From the IMG/VR virus record IMGVR_UViG_3300045988_076436: 64,000 nt of DNA. One strand, 5' to 3'. Positions within the stretch are counted from its first letter, which is position 1, and every line of letters begins with the position of its first letter. The notes beneath the pieces were generated by a model that was not told the DNA's origin, did no database searches, and saw nothing but the letters and a program-made list of their open reading frames with translations. Source of the stretch: a virus. The position numbers and the translations under genes were made by a program. Positions 40,291-48,259 of the stretch are shown piece by piece.

Positions 40291-41746
40291 AACACTCCAA
40301 CATCACCTCCGTGTCGAACCCTACGACTACCAAAAGGAGGGCATTCTTGCCGGGCTGCGCTGGCATCGTTTCCTCATCGGTGACGAGCCGGGGCTTGGCA
40401 AGACGCTCCAAAGCATCGGTGTCGTGGATTGTGCCAACGCTTACCCCTGCTTGGTCATTTGTCCGTCCTCGCTCAAAATCAACTGGCAGCGTGAGTTCGA
40501 GAAGTTTACCGACAAGCACGCTCTTGTGCTCGACAACTCCGTGCTTACCACATGGCCGTACCTCCTCAAAATGGGTATGCAGCAGGTGACCATCGTCAAT
40601 TACGAGTCCCTGCGCAAGTATTTCGTGTGGGACATCAAGGGCGGCTCGCGTGGCGGTTTCCGCTTGAAAGATGTTGTGTTTACTCCCGACATCAAGTTGT
40701 TCAAGTCTATCATCATTGACGAGAGTCACCGTGTCAAAGACCCGTCCGCACAGCAGACCATCTTTGCGCGTGGCATTGCCGAGGGAAAGGAATACCGCAT
40801 CTTGCTGTCTGGTACGCCTGTGGTCAATCGCCCTGCCGACCTCATCGCGCAGCTCTCCATCATGGGACGCTTGCCCGAGTTCGGCGGACGATCCAAGTTC
40901 CTTGCCGAGTATGGCGGTGGAGAGATTACTAAGGAGAGGCGCAACAAGGAGGAGGAAGATGCTCCGCGCAACCTCGAGCGGCTCTCTGCCGAACTCTACT
41001 CGCGCTGCATGATACGCCGCGAAAAGGCTAAGGTGCTTACACAGCTGCCCGACAAGACGCGCACCGACCTCATCGTGGATATTTCCAACCGTGACGAGTA
41101 TATGCTTGCAGAACACGACCTTGCCGAATACCTGCGCCAGTACACCGAGTGCGACGACCTCGATATTCGCAGGAAGATGCGCATGGAGGCTTTGGTCAAG
41201 TTCATGACGCTGCGCTCGCTCTCTGCCAAAGGCAAGGTGAAACAGGCTATCGACTTCACGCGCACATTCCTCGCCAACGGCAAGCCGCTCATTCTCTTCT
41301 GCTCCCTGCATGAGATTGTGGACGAGATTAAGAAAGCGTTCCCCAAGGCGGTCTCCGTTACTGGGCGCGACTCCATGATGATGAAACAGGCGGCTGTCGA
41401 TGCTTTCCAGTCGGGCAAGGCGCAACTCATCATCTGTTCCATCAAGGCGGCTGGCGTGGGTCTCACGCTCACGGCATCTTCCAACGTGGCTTTCGTTGAG
41501 TTTCCATGGACTTATGCCGACTGCTGCCAGTGCGAAGACCGTGCCCACCGCATCGGGCAAAAGGACAACGTTACGTGCTACTACCTGCTTGGCCGCTCCA
41601 CCATCGACAGCACGCTCTATTCCATCATCCACAAGAAGAAGTCCATCGCCAACCAGATAATGGCCACCGATGACGACATTCCGCAAGATGAAATGTACTT
41701 CGATGAACTTGCAAGTCTGTTCCTCAATCCTGTGCAAGATGGCTGA
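40283..41746 (+). CDS. SNF2/RAD54-family helicase (487 aa)
   Basis: YQKEGI...GDEPGLGKTLQSI (motif I), IIIDESHRVKD (motif II), LLSGTPVVNRPADL (motif III), C-terminal QCEDRAHRIGQ (motif VI). Start chosen at the ATG coupled to the upstream stop. Confidence 0.85.
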   Translation: MAETLQHHLRVEPYDYQKEGILAGLRWHRFLIGDEPGLGKTLQSIGVVDCANAYPCLVICPSSLKINWQREFEKFTDKHALVLDNSVLTTWPYLLKMGMQQVTIVNYESLRKYFVWDIKGGSRGGFRLKDVVFTPDIKLFKSIIIDESHRVKDPSAQQTIFARGIAEGKEYRILLSGTPVVNRPADLIAQLSIMGRLPEFGGRSKFLAEYGGGEITKERRNKEEEDAPRNLERLSAELYSRCMIRREKAKVLTQLPDKTRTDLIVDISNRDEYMLAEHDLAEYLRQYTECDDLDIRRKMRMEALVKFMTLRSLSAKGKVKQAIDFTRTFLANGKPLILFCSLHEIVDEIKKAFPKAVSVTGRDSMMMKQAAVDAFQSGKAQLIICSIKAAGVGLTLTASSNVAFVEFPWTYADCCQCEDRAHRIGQKDNVTCYYLLGRSTIDSTLYSIIHKKKSIANQIMATDDDIPQDEMYFDELASLFLNPVQDG

Positions 41747-41903
41747 CCTCTGCAAGACCGACCTGCAAAAGGTCATTTCCTACCTCGATGAGGCTGCGAA
41801 GATTTACGATGCGCTGCCCATGCAGAAGTGCAAGTGCCGCGCTTACATGATAACTCAATTAACAAACAAATTAAAATCAAAACTCAATCATGACAAAAAA
41901 TGA
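41739..41903 (+). CDS. Hypothetical small protein (54 aa)
   Basis: MADLCKTDLQKVISYLDEAAKIYDALPMQKCKCRAYM... It shows the same ATGGCTGA start/stop overlap as at 40283. Confidence 0.4.
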   Translation: MADLCKTDLQKVISYLDEAAKIYDALPMQKCKCRAYMITQLTNKLKSKLNHDKK

Positions 41904-42189
41904 ATTGGCAAAGGAGGTTGCGGTTTCCGAGAAACTCCACCTCTCCACTACGTTCCAAGCCGTTGACGGCATTCTCCGTGTCATCAAGCAGACACTCGCC
42001 AAGGGTGAGCCTGTTATCATCCGTGGTTTCGGCACGTTCCAACCCACCGAGTGCAAGGAGCGTCCTGCACGCGATTTCAAGACTGGCAAGCCTGTCGTTA
42101 TCCCGGCACACAAGTCCGCAAAGTTCCGTGTGAGCAAGGACTTCATCAAGTTTCTCAACGCTGAAGCAGGAAAGGAGGCTACCGTATGA
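41890..42189 (+). CDS. HU/IHF-family DNA-binding protein (99 aa)
   Basis: MTKNELAKEVA...VIIRGFGTFQPTECKERPARDFKTGKPVVIPAHKSAKFRVSK is the classic HU fold signature (RGFG.F....R.ARNP.TGE...IPA...FK). Confidence 0.85.
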   Translation: MTKNELAKEVAVSEKLHLSTTFQAVDGILRVIKQTLAKGEPVIIRGFGTFQPTECKERPARDFKTGKPVVIPAHKSAKFRVSKDFIKFLNAEAGKEATV

Positions 42190-42632
42190 TGCTCTATGAA
42201 TGTGGTGTCCGCTACGAGCGGACTATGGAGAACGGCATGACAAAGAAAGTCACCGAGCTGTACCTTGTCGATGCACTTTCCTTTGCCGAGGCTGAGGGAC
42301 GCATCACAAATGAGATGGAGCCGTACATTTCGGGCGACTTCGATGTGGTTACTATCAAGCGCACCAACATTTCCGAGATTGTAGAGGGGCTGTCCACTGC
42401 CGACAAATGGTTCAAGGCTAAACTCATGTACATCACCATTGACGAGAAAACAGGCAAGGAGAAGAAACAAGCGGTTCACTTCATCGTCCGTGCCTCCGAC
42501 ATCAACAACGCCCACATCTGTGTTGTCGAGCACATGAAAGGTTCTGTGATGGACTACGAGATTGCCACGCTTGACGAAACCAAGATTATGGATTTGTTCC
42601 GCTACAAGGTTAATACAAGCGACAATGGCTAA
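42186..42632 (+). CDS. Hypothetical protein (148 aa), resembles DUF4494-type Bacteroidota phage proteins
   Basis: MMLYECGVRYERTMENGMTKKVTELYLVDALSFAEAEGRI... The family is recalled from memory and not verified. Confidence 0.55.
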   Translation: MMLYECGVRYERTMENGMTKKVTELYLVDALSFAEAEGRITNEMEPYISGDFDVVTIKRTNISEIVEGLSTADKWFKAKLMYITIDEKTGKEKKQAVHFIVRASDINNAHICVVEHMKGSVMDYEIATLDETKIMDLFRYKVNTSDNG

Positions 42633-43008
42633 GTTTTCTTCATTTGCTTTCCAAGGCCGGAATAAGTACGGCAACGAGCGTGTGGGCGGTCATGCCTCCA
42701 AAAAAGAGCACTACCGCGCTGCCCAGCTCCGCCTCATGGAGCGTGCCGGACTTATCTCCGACCTGCGGGAGCAGGTGTCCTACGAGTTGATACCTGCCCA
42801 GTATGGCGAGTGTGGCAAGGATTTCAAGGGGCGCGACACGCGCGTTCTCCTCGAGCGTCCCTGCCGTTATGTTGCCGATTTCGTCTATACCGACCGCGCG
42901 ACAGGGCAGACCGTTGTCGAGGACACGAAAGGCGTTCGCACTAAAGAATATATCATCAAGCGGAAACTCATGCTCCACGTTCATGGCATCCGCATAAAAG
43001 AGGTTTGA
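42625..43008 (+). CDS. DUF1064-like PD-(D/E)XK endonuclease (127 aa)
   Basis: ATG 42625 (MAKFSSFAFQGRNKYGN...). YVADFVYTDRATGQTVVEDTKG matches the D...E-x-K pattern of DUF1064 resolvase-like nucleases. Confidence 0.55.
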   Translation: MAKFSSFAFQGRNKYGNERVGGHASKKEHYRAAQLRLMERAGLISDLREQVSYELIPAQYGECGKDFKGRDTRVLLERPCRYVADFVYTDRATGQTVVEDTKGVRTKEYIIKRKLMLHVHGIRIKEV

Positions 43009-43010
43009 TT

Positions 43011-43604
43011 ATGGCACGAGACAGTTTTGTTTTCTATCGCAGTTTCTTTGAGGCTATCAGCCTTATGCCGCCAGAAGTACAGACAGAGGTCTATCCTGCG
43101 CTTGTTGAGTATGCGCTTAACGGCAAAGAGCCGAAAGGACTTACCGACATCGCCAAGGGCGTGTTCATTCTCATCAAGCCCAACATTGATGCAAGCATCA
43201 CACGCTATGAGAATGGGAAGAAATGTGCCAAATACGGCAAACTTGGCGGTCGCCCTGCTAAAGAACGCAAGACTGCCTCATCTGCCGAGCTGCCGTCCAA
43301 TCCCGAATACACCTTGTCATTTGAGGAAGAGATTGAACAGATGCGTTCCGACCGCTCTTGGAATGAGCCTGTCTGCATGAAGTTCCACCTCTCTGCCGAC
43401 GACCTCTCCAAGCGGCTGTCCGATTTTCTCACCCATTGCAAGAGTGAGTATGTGGGCAAGTCTCATTCCGACATCAACGATGCCAAGCGTCATTTCTGCT
43501 CATGGATGCGCAAGGCTTACGCGCCTGTCGAGCATGACAGCGATGCGGAGCTGCCGCCTCCCTCGTATGAGTTCAACGGTGGCTTTGGCGGTCAGGACAT
43601 TTAA
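43011..43604 (+). CDS. Hypothetical replication-module protein (197 aa)
   Basis: MARDSFVFYRSFFEAISLMPPEVQTEVYPALVEYALNG is an N-terminal domain common upstream of phage helicase-loader genes. Function not established. Confidence 0.55.
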   Translation: MARDSFVFYRSFFEAISLMPPEVQTEVYPALVEYALNGKEPKGLTDIAKGVFILIKPNIDASITRYENGKKCAKYGKLGGRPAKERKTASSAELPSNPEYTLSFEEEIEQMRSDRSWNEPVCMKFHLSADDLSKRLSDFLTHCKSEYVGKSHSDINDAKRHFCSWMRKAYAPVEHDSDAELPPPSYEFNGGFGGQDI

Positions 43605-43616
43605 TCTGTATGAGTT

Positions 43617-44474
43617 ATGAACAATAAGCCATATCCCAAGACTCTCGTCACCGAACTTGCCAAGTTCGGCAAGCGGCCTACTGGCGATGCCGAATGGGAC
43701 GCTTGCATCTTGCAGGCGTGCCGCAACAATCGCAAGAGTGCTCCTACATGGCTGTCGCTCCACGATGCTGCCCTGCGGTTTCGCGAGGAGGCGGAGAAAG
43801 TGCGTAAGCAAGCCTACAATCTTGCCGACCCCGATGTGTATTCAGCACACAGCGCATTCGTCATGCACATTGCCAACAACATTGTGCTTGCTCCGCAAAG
43901 GCGCAAGTTCATCGTTGACGACAACAACCGTGATGTGCTGCGTTTCCTGCTTTACTATTTCAACAACTGCCCTCTGGCAGAGGAGGTCTTTCCCGGTCGT
44001 GGCTACAAGCTGCACAAGAGCATCCTCATACAGGGCGGTGTCGGTGTGGGCAAGACGCTCCTCATGCAAATCTTCAGCGAGTATCTCCAGCGCACCAACA
44101 ACCCTCGTTTCTTCTGGAACTTGTCGGTCACTCAGATGGTCAACTACTACACCATTCACAACAACCTCGACCGTTTCACCTACAACGAGGAGGAGTGCCG
44201 TGGTTTCAAGTGCAACCCTCAGAACGTGTGCCTCAACGACATCGGCATACAAGACCGCACATTCTTCGGCATGGACACTGGTCTCCTCACAGATGAGTTC
44301 CTGCACGCTCGCAACGAGATTTGGACGCAGTACGGCAAGTTTGCCCACCTCACCACAAACCTCGACAACAACGAACTTCAAAAGCGTTTCAAGCGCAATG
44401 ACGGTTTCGGCCGTCTCGTTGACCGTTTCAAAACTTACAACGTAATACCCCTTATGGGAAAGAGTAGAAGATAA
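43617..44474 (+). CDS. DnaC/IstB-like AAA+ ATPase (285 aa), putative helicase loader
   Basis: Walker A ILIQGGVGVGKTLL; Walker B-like VCLNDIG. Confidence 0.65.
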   Translation: MNNKPYPKTLVTELAKFGKRPTGDAEWDACILQACRNNRKSAPTWLSLHDAALRFREEAEKVRKQAYNLADPDVYSAHSAFVMHIANNIVLAPQRRKFIVDDNNRDVLRFLLYYFNNCPLAEEVFPGRGYKLHKSILIQGGVGVGKTLLMQIFSEYLQRTNNPRFFWNLSVTQMVNYYTIHNNLDRFTYNEEECRGFKCNPQNVCLNDIGIQDRTFFGMDTGLLTDEFLHARNEIWTQYGKFAHLTTNLDNNELQKRFKRNDGFGRLVDRFKTYNVIPLMGKSRR

Positions 44475-44475
44475 T

Positions 44476-44643
44476 ATGGACGCAAAATCATTTTTCATGC
44501 TTGTGCGTGAAATGCGTACTGTGCAAAAAGAATATTTCCGCCTCCGTTCACATGAGGCATTGACTAAGAGTGTGGAGTTGGAACGGAAAGTTGATACAGA
44601 AATTCACAGAGTGGAGGACATCCTTGGACTTGACTCTCTATAA
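44476..44643 (+). CDS. Small ORF (55 aa)
   Basis: Below the track cut-off. My translation is MDAKSFFMLVREMRTVQKEYFRLRSHEALTKSVELERKVDTEIHRVEDILGLDSL. It starts 2 nt after the previous stop. Confidence 0.45.
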   Translation: MDAKSFFMLVREMRTVQKEYFRLRSHEALTKSVELERKVDTEIHRVEDILGLDSL

Positions 44644-44654
44644 AAATGTAGAAT

Positions 44655-45020
44655 ATGAAATACAGACATAGAACAACTGGAGAAATAATCAATGTTCTCC
44701 GACATAACGAGAGAGGCGATTTTGCCGAATGTACAGACAACAACGGCAAAGTGTATGGTTTGCAAGCAAACCTGTTCAGAGATTATGAGCAGGTCATTGA
44801 GGACAAAACCATCAATTGGGAGCAGCGTAGATACGAAATTGCCAAAGCAATGCTCCCTGCAATCTATATGGACGATGGCAATGCACAACGTGCAGACCAC
44901 TCGCCAATCAATGGCTTTGAGTACAAAACGCCACAAGGCTGTGCAAAAGAGGCAGTCAGTTTGGCTGATGCACTAATCAACGAACTTCAAAAGAAAGGAG
45001 CAAGCAATGAGAACAATTGA
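44655..45020 (+). CDS. Hypothetical protein (121 aa)
   Basis: Clean ORF in an A+T-richer run of small genes. Confidence 0.55.
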   Translation: MKYRHRTTGEIINVLRHNERGDFAECTDNNGKVYGLQANLFRDYEQVIEDKTINWEQRRYEIAKAMLPAIYMDDGNAQRADHSPINGFEYKTPQGCAKEAVSLADALINELQKKGASNENN

Positions 45021-45393
45021 TTTTCGTGGTAAAGCCGTAGGCAGTGGCCGCTGGATACATGGTGATTTGGTTTGGAATGGTCGCACTCCTGCCATTTTTG
45101 AAGATGCCAATCAAGAAAATGGTTGCATCACCGTAAAGGAAAGCACGCTCGGCATGAACACCGGGCTGAAAGACAAGCACGGCCACGAAATATACAATGG
45201 CGACATTCTCGCCCATGGAGCAAACATCATCGGTCATGTGGTCGATGGCGTGCGTGGCTACTGCTTTGATGTGGTCTATATAACGCCAGAAGGAGAAAAA
45301 TCATGTCCACTTTTCGAAATGGTTACCAACTTTAACGATAAGTTGGAGATTGTCGGAAACATACATGATAAAGGAAATGGAGGTGCAGTATGA
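45007..45393 (+). CDS. YopX-family protein (128 aa)
   Basis: FRGK...WIHGDL...GLKDKHGHEIYNGDIL...EIVGNIHD matches the YopX pattern. Confidence 0.7.
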   Translation: MRTIDFRGKAVGSGRWIHGDLVWNGRTPAIFEDANQENGCITVKESTLGMNTGLKDKHGHEIYNGDILAHGANIIGHVVDGVRGYCFDVVYITPEGEKSCPLFEMVTNFNDKLEIVGNIHDKGNGGAV

Positions 45394-45587
45394 ATAATGT
45401 AATTCCGAAACTCTCGGTCTTGTTAAGATTACTACTTGTTGCTCCTATTTACATTGTTGCTCTCGTTCTGTTTGTTCCATACGGAATATTCAGAGGTCTT
45501 ACAGAGTCTGACATAATCCGAGATTACTTAGACCTGTTTGATGAGTTCCTTGGTAAAATATACTTTCACTATTTCAAGAAAAAGTAA
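45390..45587 (+). CDS. Small membrane protein (65 aa)
   Basis: Hydrophobic LSVLLRLLLVAPIYIVALVLFVPYGIF. Confidence 0.5.
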   Translation: MNNVIPKLSVLLRLLLVAPIYIVALVLFVPYGIFRGLTESDIIRDYLDLFDEFLGKIYFHYFKKK

Positions 45588-45590
45588 AAG

Positions 45591-45863
45591 ATGCGTTCCC
45601 GACAAGCAAGAAAAATCTTCAAGGCATATTACAGCCCTAAGAAGAACTATTGGAATAAATACCAAGGTTTTACTCTTGGAACGTGCTTTATTTGTTTCGC
45701 TTACAAAAACCCACGTTTGCTTCATGCTCTGAATATAGCATACAAATATGAGAAGCGGTATGTGCCAATACCAACAAAACCAAGAGCAATACAAGGTACA
45801 ACTTCCATACGTCATCCCCAATATGGCCTTTGGGCTATTTTGGAAAGCAAGAATAATATTTAA
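45591..45863 (+). CDS. Hypothetical basic protein (90 aa)
   Basis: ORF in the series of tightly packed small genes. Confidence 0.45.
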   Translation: MRSRQARKIFKAYYSPKKNYWNKYQGFTLGTCFICFAYKNPRLLHALNIAYKYEKRYVPIPTKPRAIQGTTSIRHPQYGLWAILESKNNI

Positions 45864-45875
45864 TCAACAAAGACA

Positions 45876-46316
45876 ATGAAAACTTACATCGGAACAAAAC
45901 AGGTAAAGGCCGAACCTATGGACGAATTGGCCGCAGTTGAGAAAGGCTACGCTCGTAAGAACGAGGACAGCCACGAATGGCGGCAGGGCTACCACGTTCA
46001 GTACGCCAACCCGGACGGTAGCACCTACGACTCATGGTCTCCCAAGGACGTGTTTGAGCGTTCGTACAACGTGTGTGATGAGGAACAGATTGCAATGGTA
46101 TGTTTTCCTCTGACAAATCGAAGCATCAACAAGGCTGTATCGCTCCTAACTATTGGAGGTGCAGATGACAAGACTTTGGAAGAGGTCGCAGCCAAGATGG
46201 AGGATTTGAAAAAGAAAGGGTTTGCAATTGTGCCCTCAAAAATATACAACACTGGCGATGAGGGACAGCAATTTGAAATGATGGTGCCATTATTAGCATT
46301 AGGCATCAGCTTGTAA
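45876..46316 (+). CDS. Hypothetical protein (146 aa)
   Basis: MKTYIGTKQVKAEPM...GYHVQYANPDGSTYDSWSPKDVFERSY. The N-terminal domain recurs in many phages; function unknown. Confidence 0.55.
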   Translation: MKTYIGTKQVKAEPMDELAAVEKGYARKNEDSHEWRQGYHVQYANPDGSTYDSWSPKDVFERSYNVCDEEQIAMVCFPLTNRSINKAVSLLTIGGADDKTLEEVAAKMEDLKKKGFAIVPSKIYNTGDEGQQFEMMVPLLALGISL

Positions 46317-46318
46317 GT

Positions 46319-46495
46319 ATGCGCCAACCCAAACGCAGGGCTAACCTGCTCTACAAACTCCGTAGGAGAGGTATCCGATGCGACACCAAGCAGCGTTGCA
46401 TCTACCTCCCCTATATGGAGTCTCCTAAGAAGTATCCACAAATACCACGGCTCTGCCGTGAGTTCCACTTCTATGTTCAATTCATCATCACATGA
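46319..46495 (+). CDS. Small arginine-rich ORF (58 aa)
   Basis: Below the track cut-off. MRQPKRRANLLYKLRRRGIRCDTKQRCIYLPYMESPKKYPQIPRLCREFHFYVQFIIT. The stop overlaps the MTase ATG. Its rare Arg codons make it uncertain. Confidence 0.35.
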   Translation: MRQPKRRANLLYKLRRRGIRCDTKQRCIYLPYMESPKKYPQIPRLCREFHFYVQFIIT

Positions 46496-47848
46496 GCAAC
46501 AATACAATCCGTGTCTTTGAAGCCTTTGCAGGTTACGGCTCGCAGTCTATCGCCCTCCAACGGCTTGCCAACGATTTTGCCGACTTCCGCTTTACGGTGG
46601 TCGGCATTTCCGAGATTGACAAGCACGCCATCGCTGCCTACCGTGCCATTCATGGCGACCATGCCCCCAACTTCGGAGACATCATGCACATTGACTGGCT
46701 GCAAGTTCCCGACTTCGACCTGCTCACATACTCTTTTCCATGTCAAGATATATCCTCGGCTGGCCGTCAGCGTGGCTTTGCGCAGGGTAGCGGCACGCGC
46801 TCTTCCTGTCTGTGGGCTTGTGCCGACGCTATCTCTGCCAAGCATCCCAAGTGGCTGCTCATGGAGAATGTCAAGGCTCTCACACAAAGGAAGTTTGCCA
46901 AGGACTTCTACAAGTGGCGCGAATGGCTTTCCGACCAAGGCTATACAAGTTACTTCCAAGTCCTCAATGCCAAGGAGTACGGCATACCGCAAAACCGTGA
47001 GCGTGTCTTTATGGTGTCCTGCCTGGGCGAACACCCTCGTTTCTTCTTTCCCAAGACGTTCCCTTTGGAGTACCGACTGAAAGATATTCTTGAGGACAAT
47101 GTGGACGAGAGTTATTACTTGAAGCCTCAGCAGGTGGAGAGTATCATCAGGCATTGCGAGCGCAAGGTGGCAGAGGGGTGCGGTTTCAAGGTAAACTTCC
47201 AGTCGCCCGATGACATCAGCGGTGCAATCAAGACCAAGGAGGGGCAACGTGAATACGACACCTACATCAAGGAGCCGCTCAACACCGATATGCAGGGCAA
47301 CTCTCGCACCATCACTGCCCATTACCATAAGTTGGGCTACACCGACTTTTCAAGCGACCTCTGTCCGCATACTGGTGTCATGGAGTATTCGCCTCTCTTC
47401 TTGGGCTACACTCGCGACCACAAGGGCAAGGTGGTGTCCCACAACCTAAAGGACATCAGCAACACAATTGTCGCATCCAACCATGGGCGCAATGGCAGCT
47501 CAGCGCAGTATCTCGTAGAGCCGATGATTTACAGCAGTCCTCACGGGTTTAATTTCGGGGGGGGGTAAAAATTTAGCACCTACCGTAACTTCTTCCGCCT
47601 ATGCCGACAATAACTTTCTCGTCAAGGACTTCCGCATCCGCAAACTCACGCCTCGCGAGTGTTTCCGTCTTATGGACGTGGCCGACTCCGACATCGACAA
47701 GATACAGCAAGCGGGCATTTCCAAGACGCAGCAGTACAAACTCGCTGGCAACTCAATCGTGGTCTCCTGCCTCTACCATGTGTTCCGCAAGATGTTCATC
47801 GACCATTCCAACGAACAGAAAGGATATGTGCAGCTCTCACTCTTCTAA
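46492..47848 (+). pseudogene. dcm: DNA (cytosine-5)-methyltransferase interrupted by a frameshift in a G9 tract (47557-47565)
   Basis: Frame 1 (46492..47568) carries motifs I FAGYG, IV FPCQDIS, VI ENVKAL and VIII QNRERVF, and stops at TAA right after the G9 tract. The next frame continues ...KNLAPTVTSSAYADNNFLVKDFRIRKLTPRECFRLMD...YKLAGNSIVV (motifs IX and X) to the stop at 47846-47848. Removing one G restores a single ORF. Confidence 0.8.
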
Positions 47849-47878
47849 ACTTAAAACATCAACAATGTCTCAACTTTA

Positions 47879-47886
47879 TATCTTTG
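47879..47886 (+). promoter_or_regulatory. Bacteroides-type -7 box (TATCTTTG) only 4 nt before ATG 47891
   Basis: TATCTTTG, then CAAC, then ATG. Confidence 0.4.
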
Positions 47887-47890
47887 CAAC

Positions 47891-48259
47891 ATGATAAAAC
47901 TTTTGGAACGTACACGCCGCCCCGACATCACATTCTGCCGCAATGGACGCATATTCATCACGGCAAGGGTGGTGCGTCTCCTCTCGCTCCAGCCGGGTGA
48001 CAGCATCAACATTGCTTTTCATCTTGGCGAGTGCTACCTGCTGGCATCCCGACATGAGAATGCCATCGGTCGCCACATCGCCCAATGTTACCCCACGAAG
48101 AAAGGCTCACGCAACTATTGCGCCAACTCCGTAATGCTCTGTCGGCTCATGCTCGATAACTGCCGCATCCGTGAGCAGCGTGCCTCTTTCATGGTGGGCA
48201 AGGAGGAAATGCGGAATGGTGAAGTGTACCTCCCCATAATCTATAAAATGCCGTTATGA
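47891..48259 (+). CDS. Hypothetical protein (122 aa), possible AbrB/SpoVT-like N-terminus
   Basis: RNGRIFITARVVRLLSLQPGDSINI resembles swapped-hairpin DNA-binding domains. This is a weak call. Confidence 0.5.
   Translation: MIKLLERTRRPDITFCRNGRIFITARVVRLLSLQPGDSINIAFHLGECYLLASRHENAIGRHIAQCYPTKKGSRNYCANSVMLCRLMLDNCRIREQRASFMVGKEEMRNGEVYLPIIYKMPL

Noticed and set aside
40274-41776. 500-aa minus-strand ORF opposite the SNF2 helicase
   Set aside because: The plus strand has all the helicase motifs. The antisense product is low-information, and no promoter or neighbouring gene supports it.
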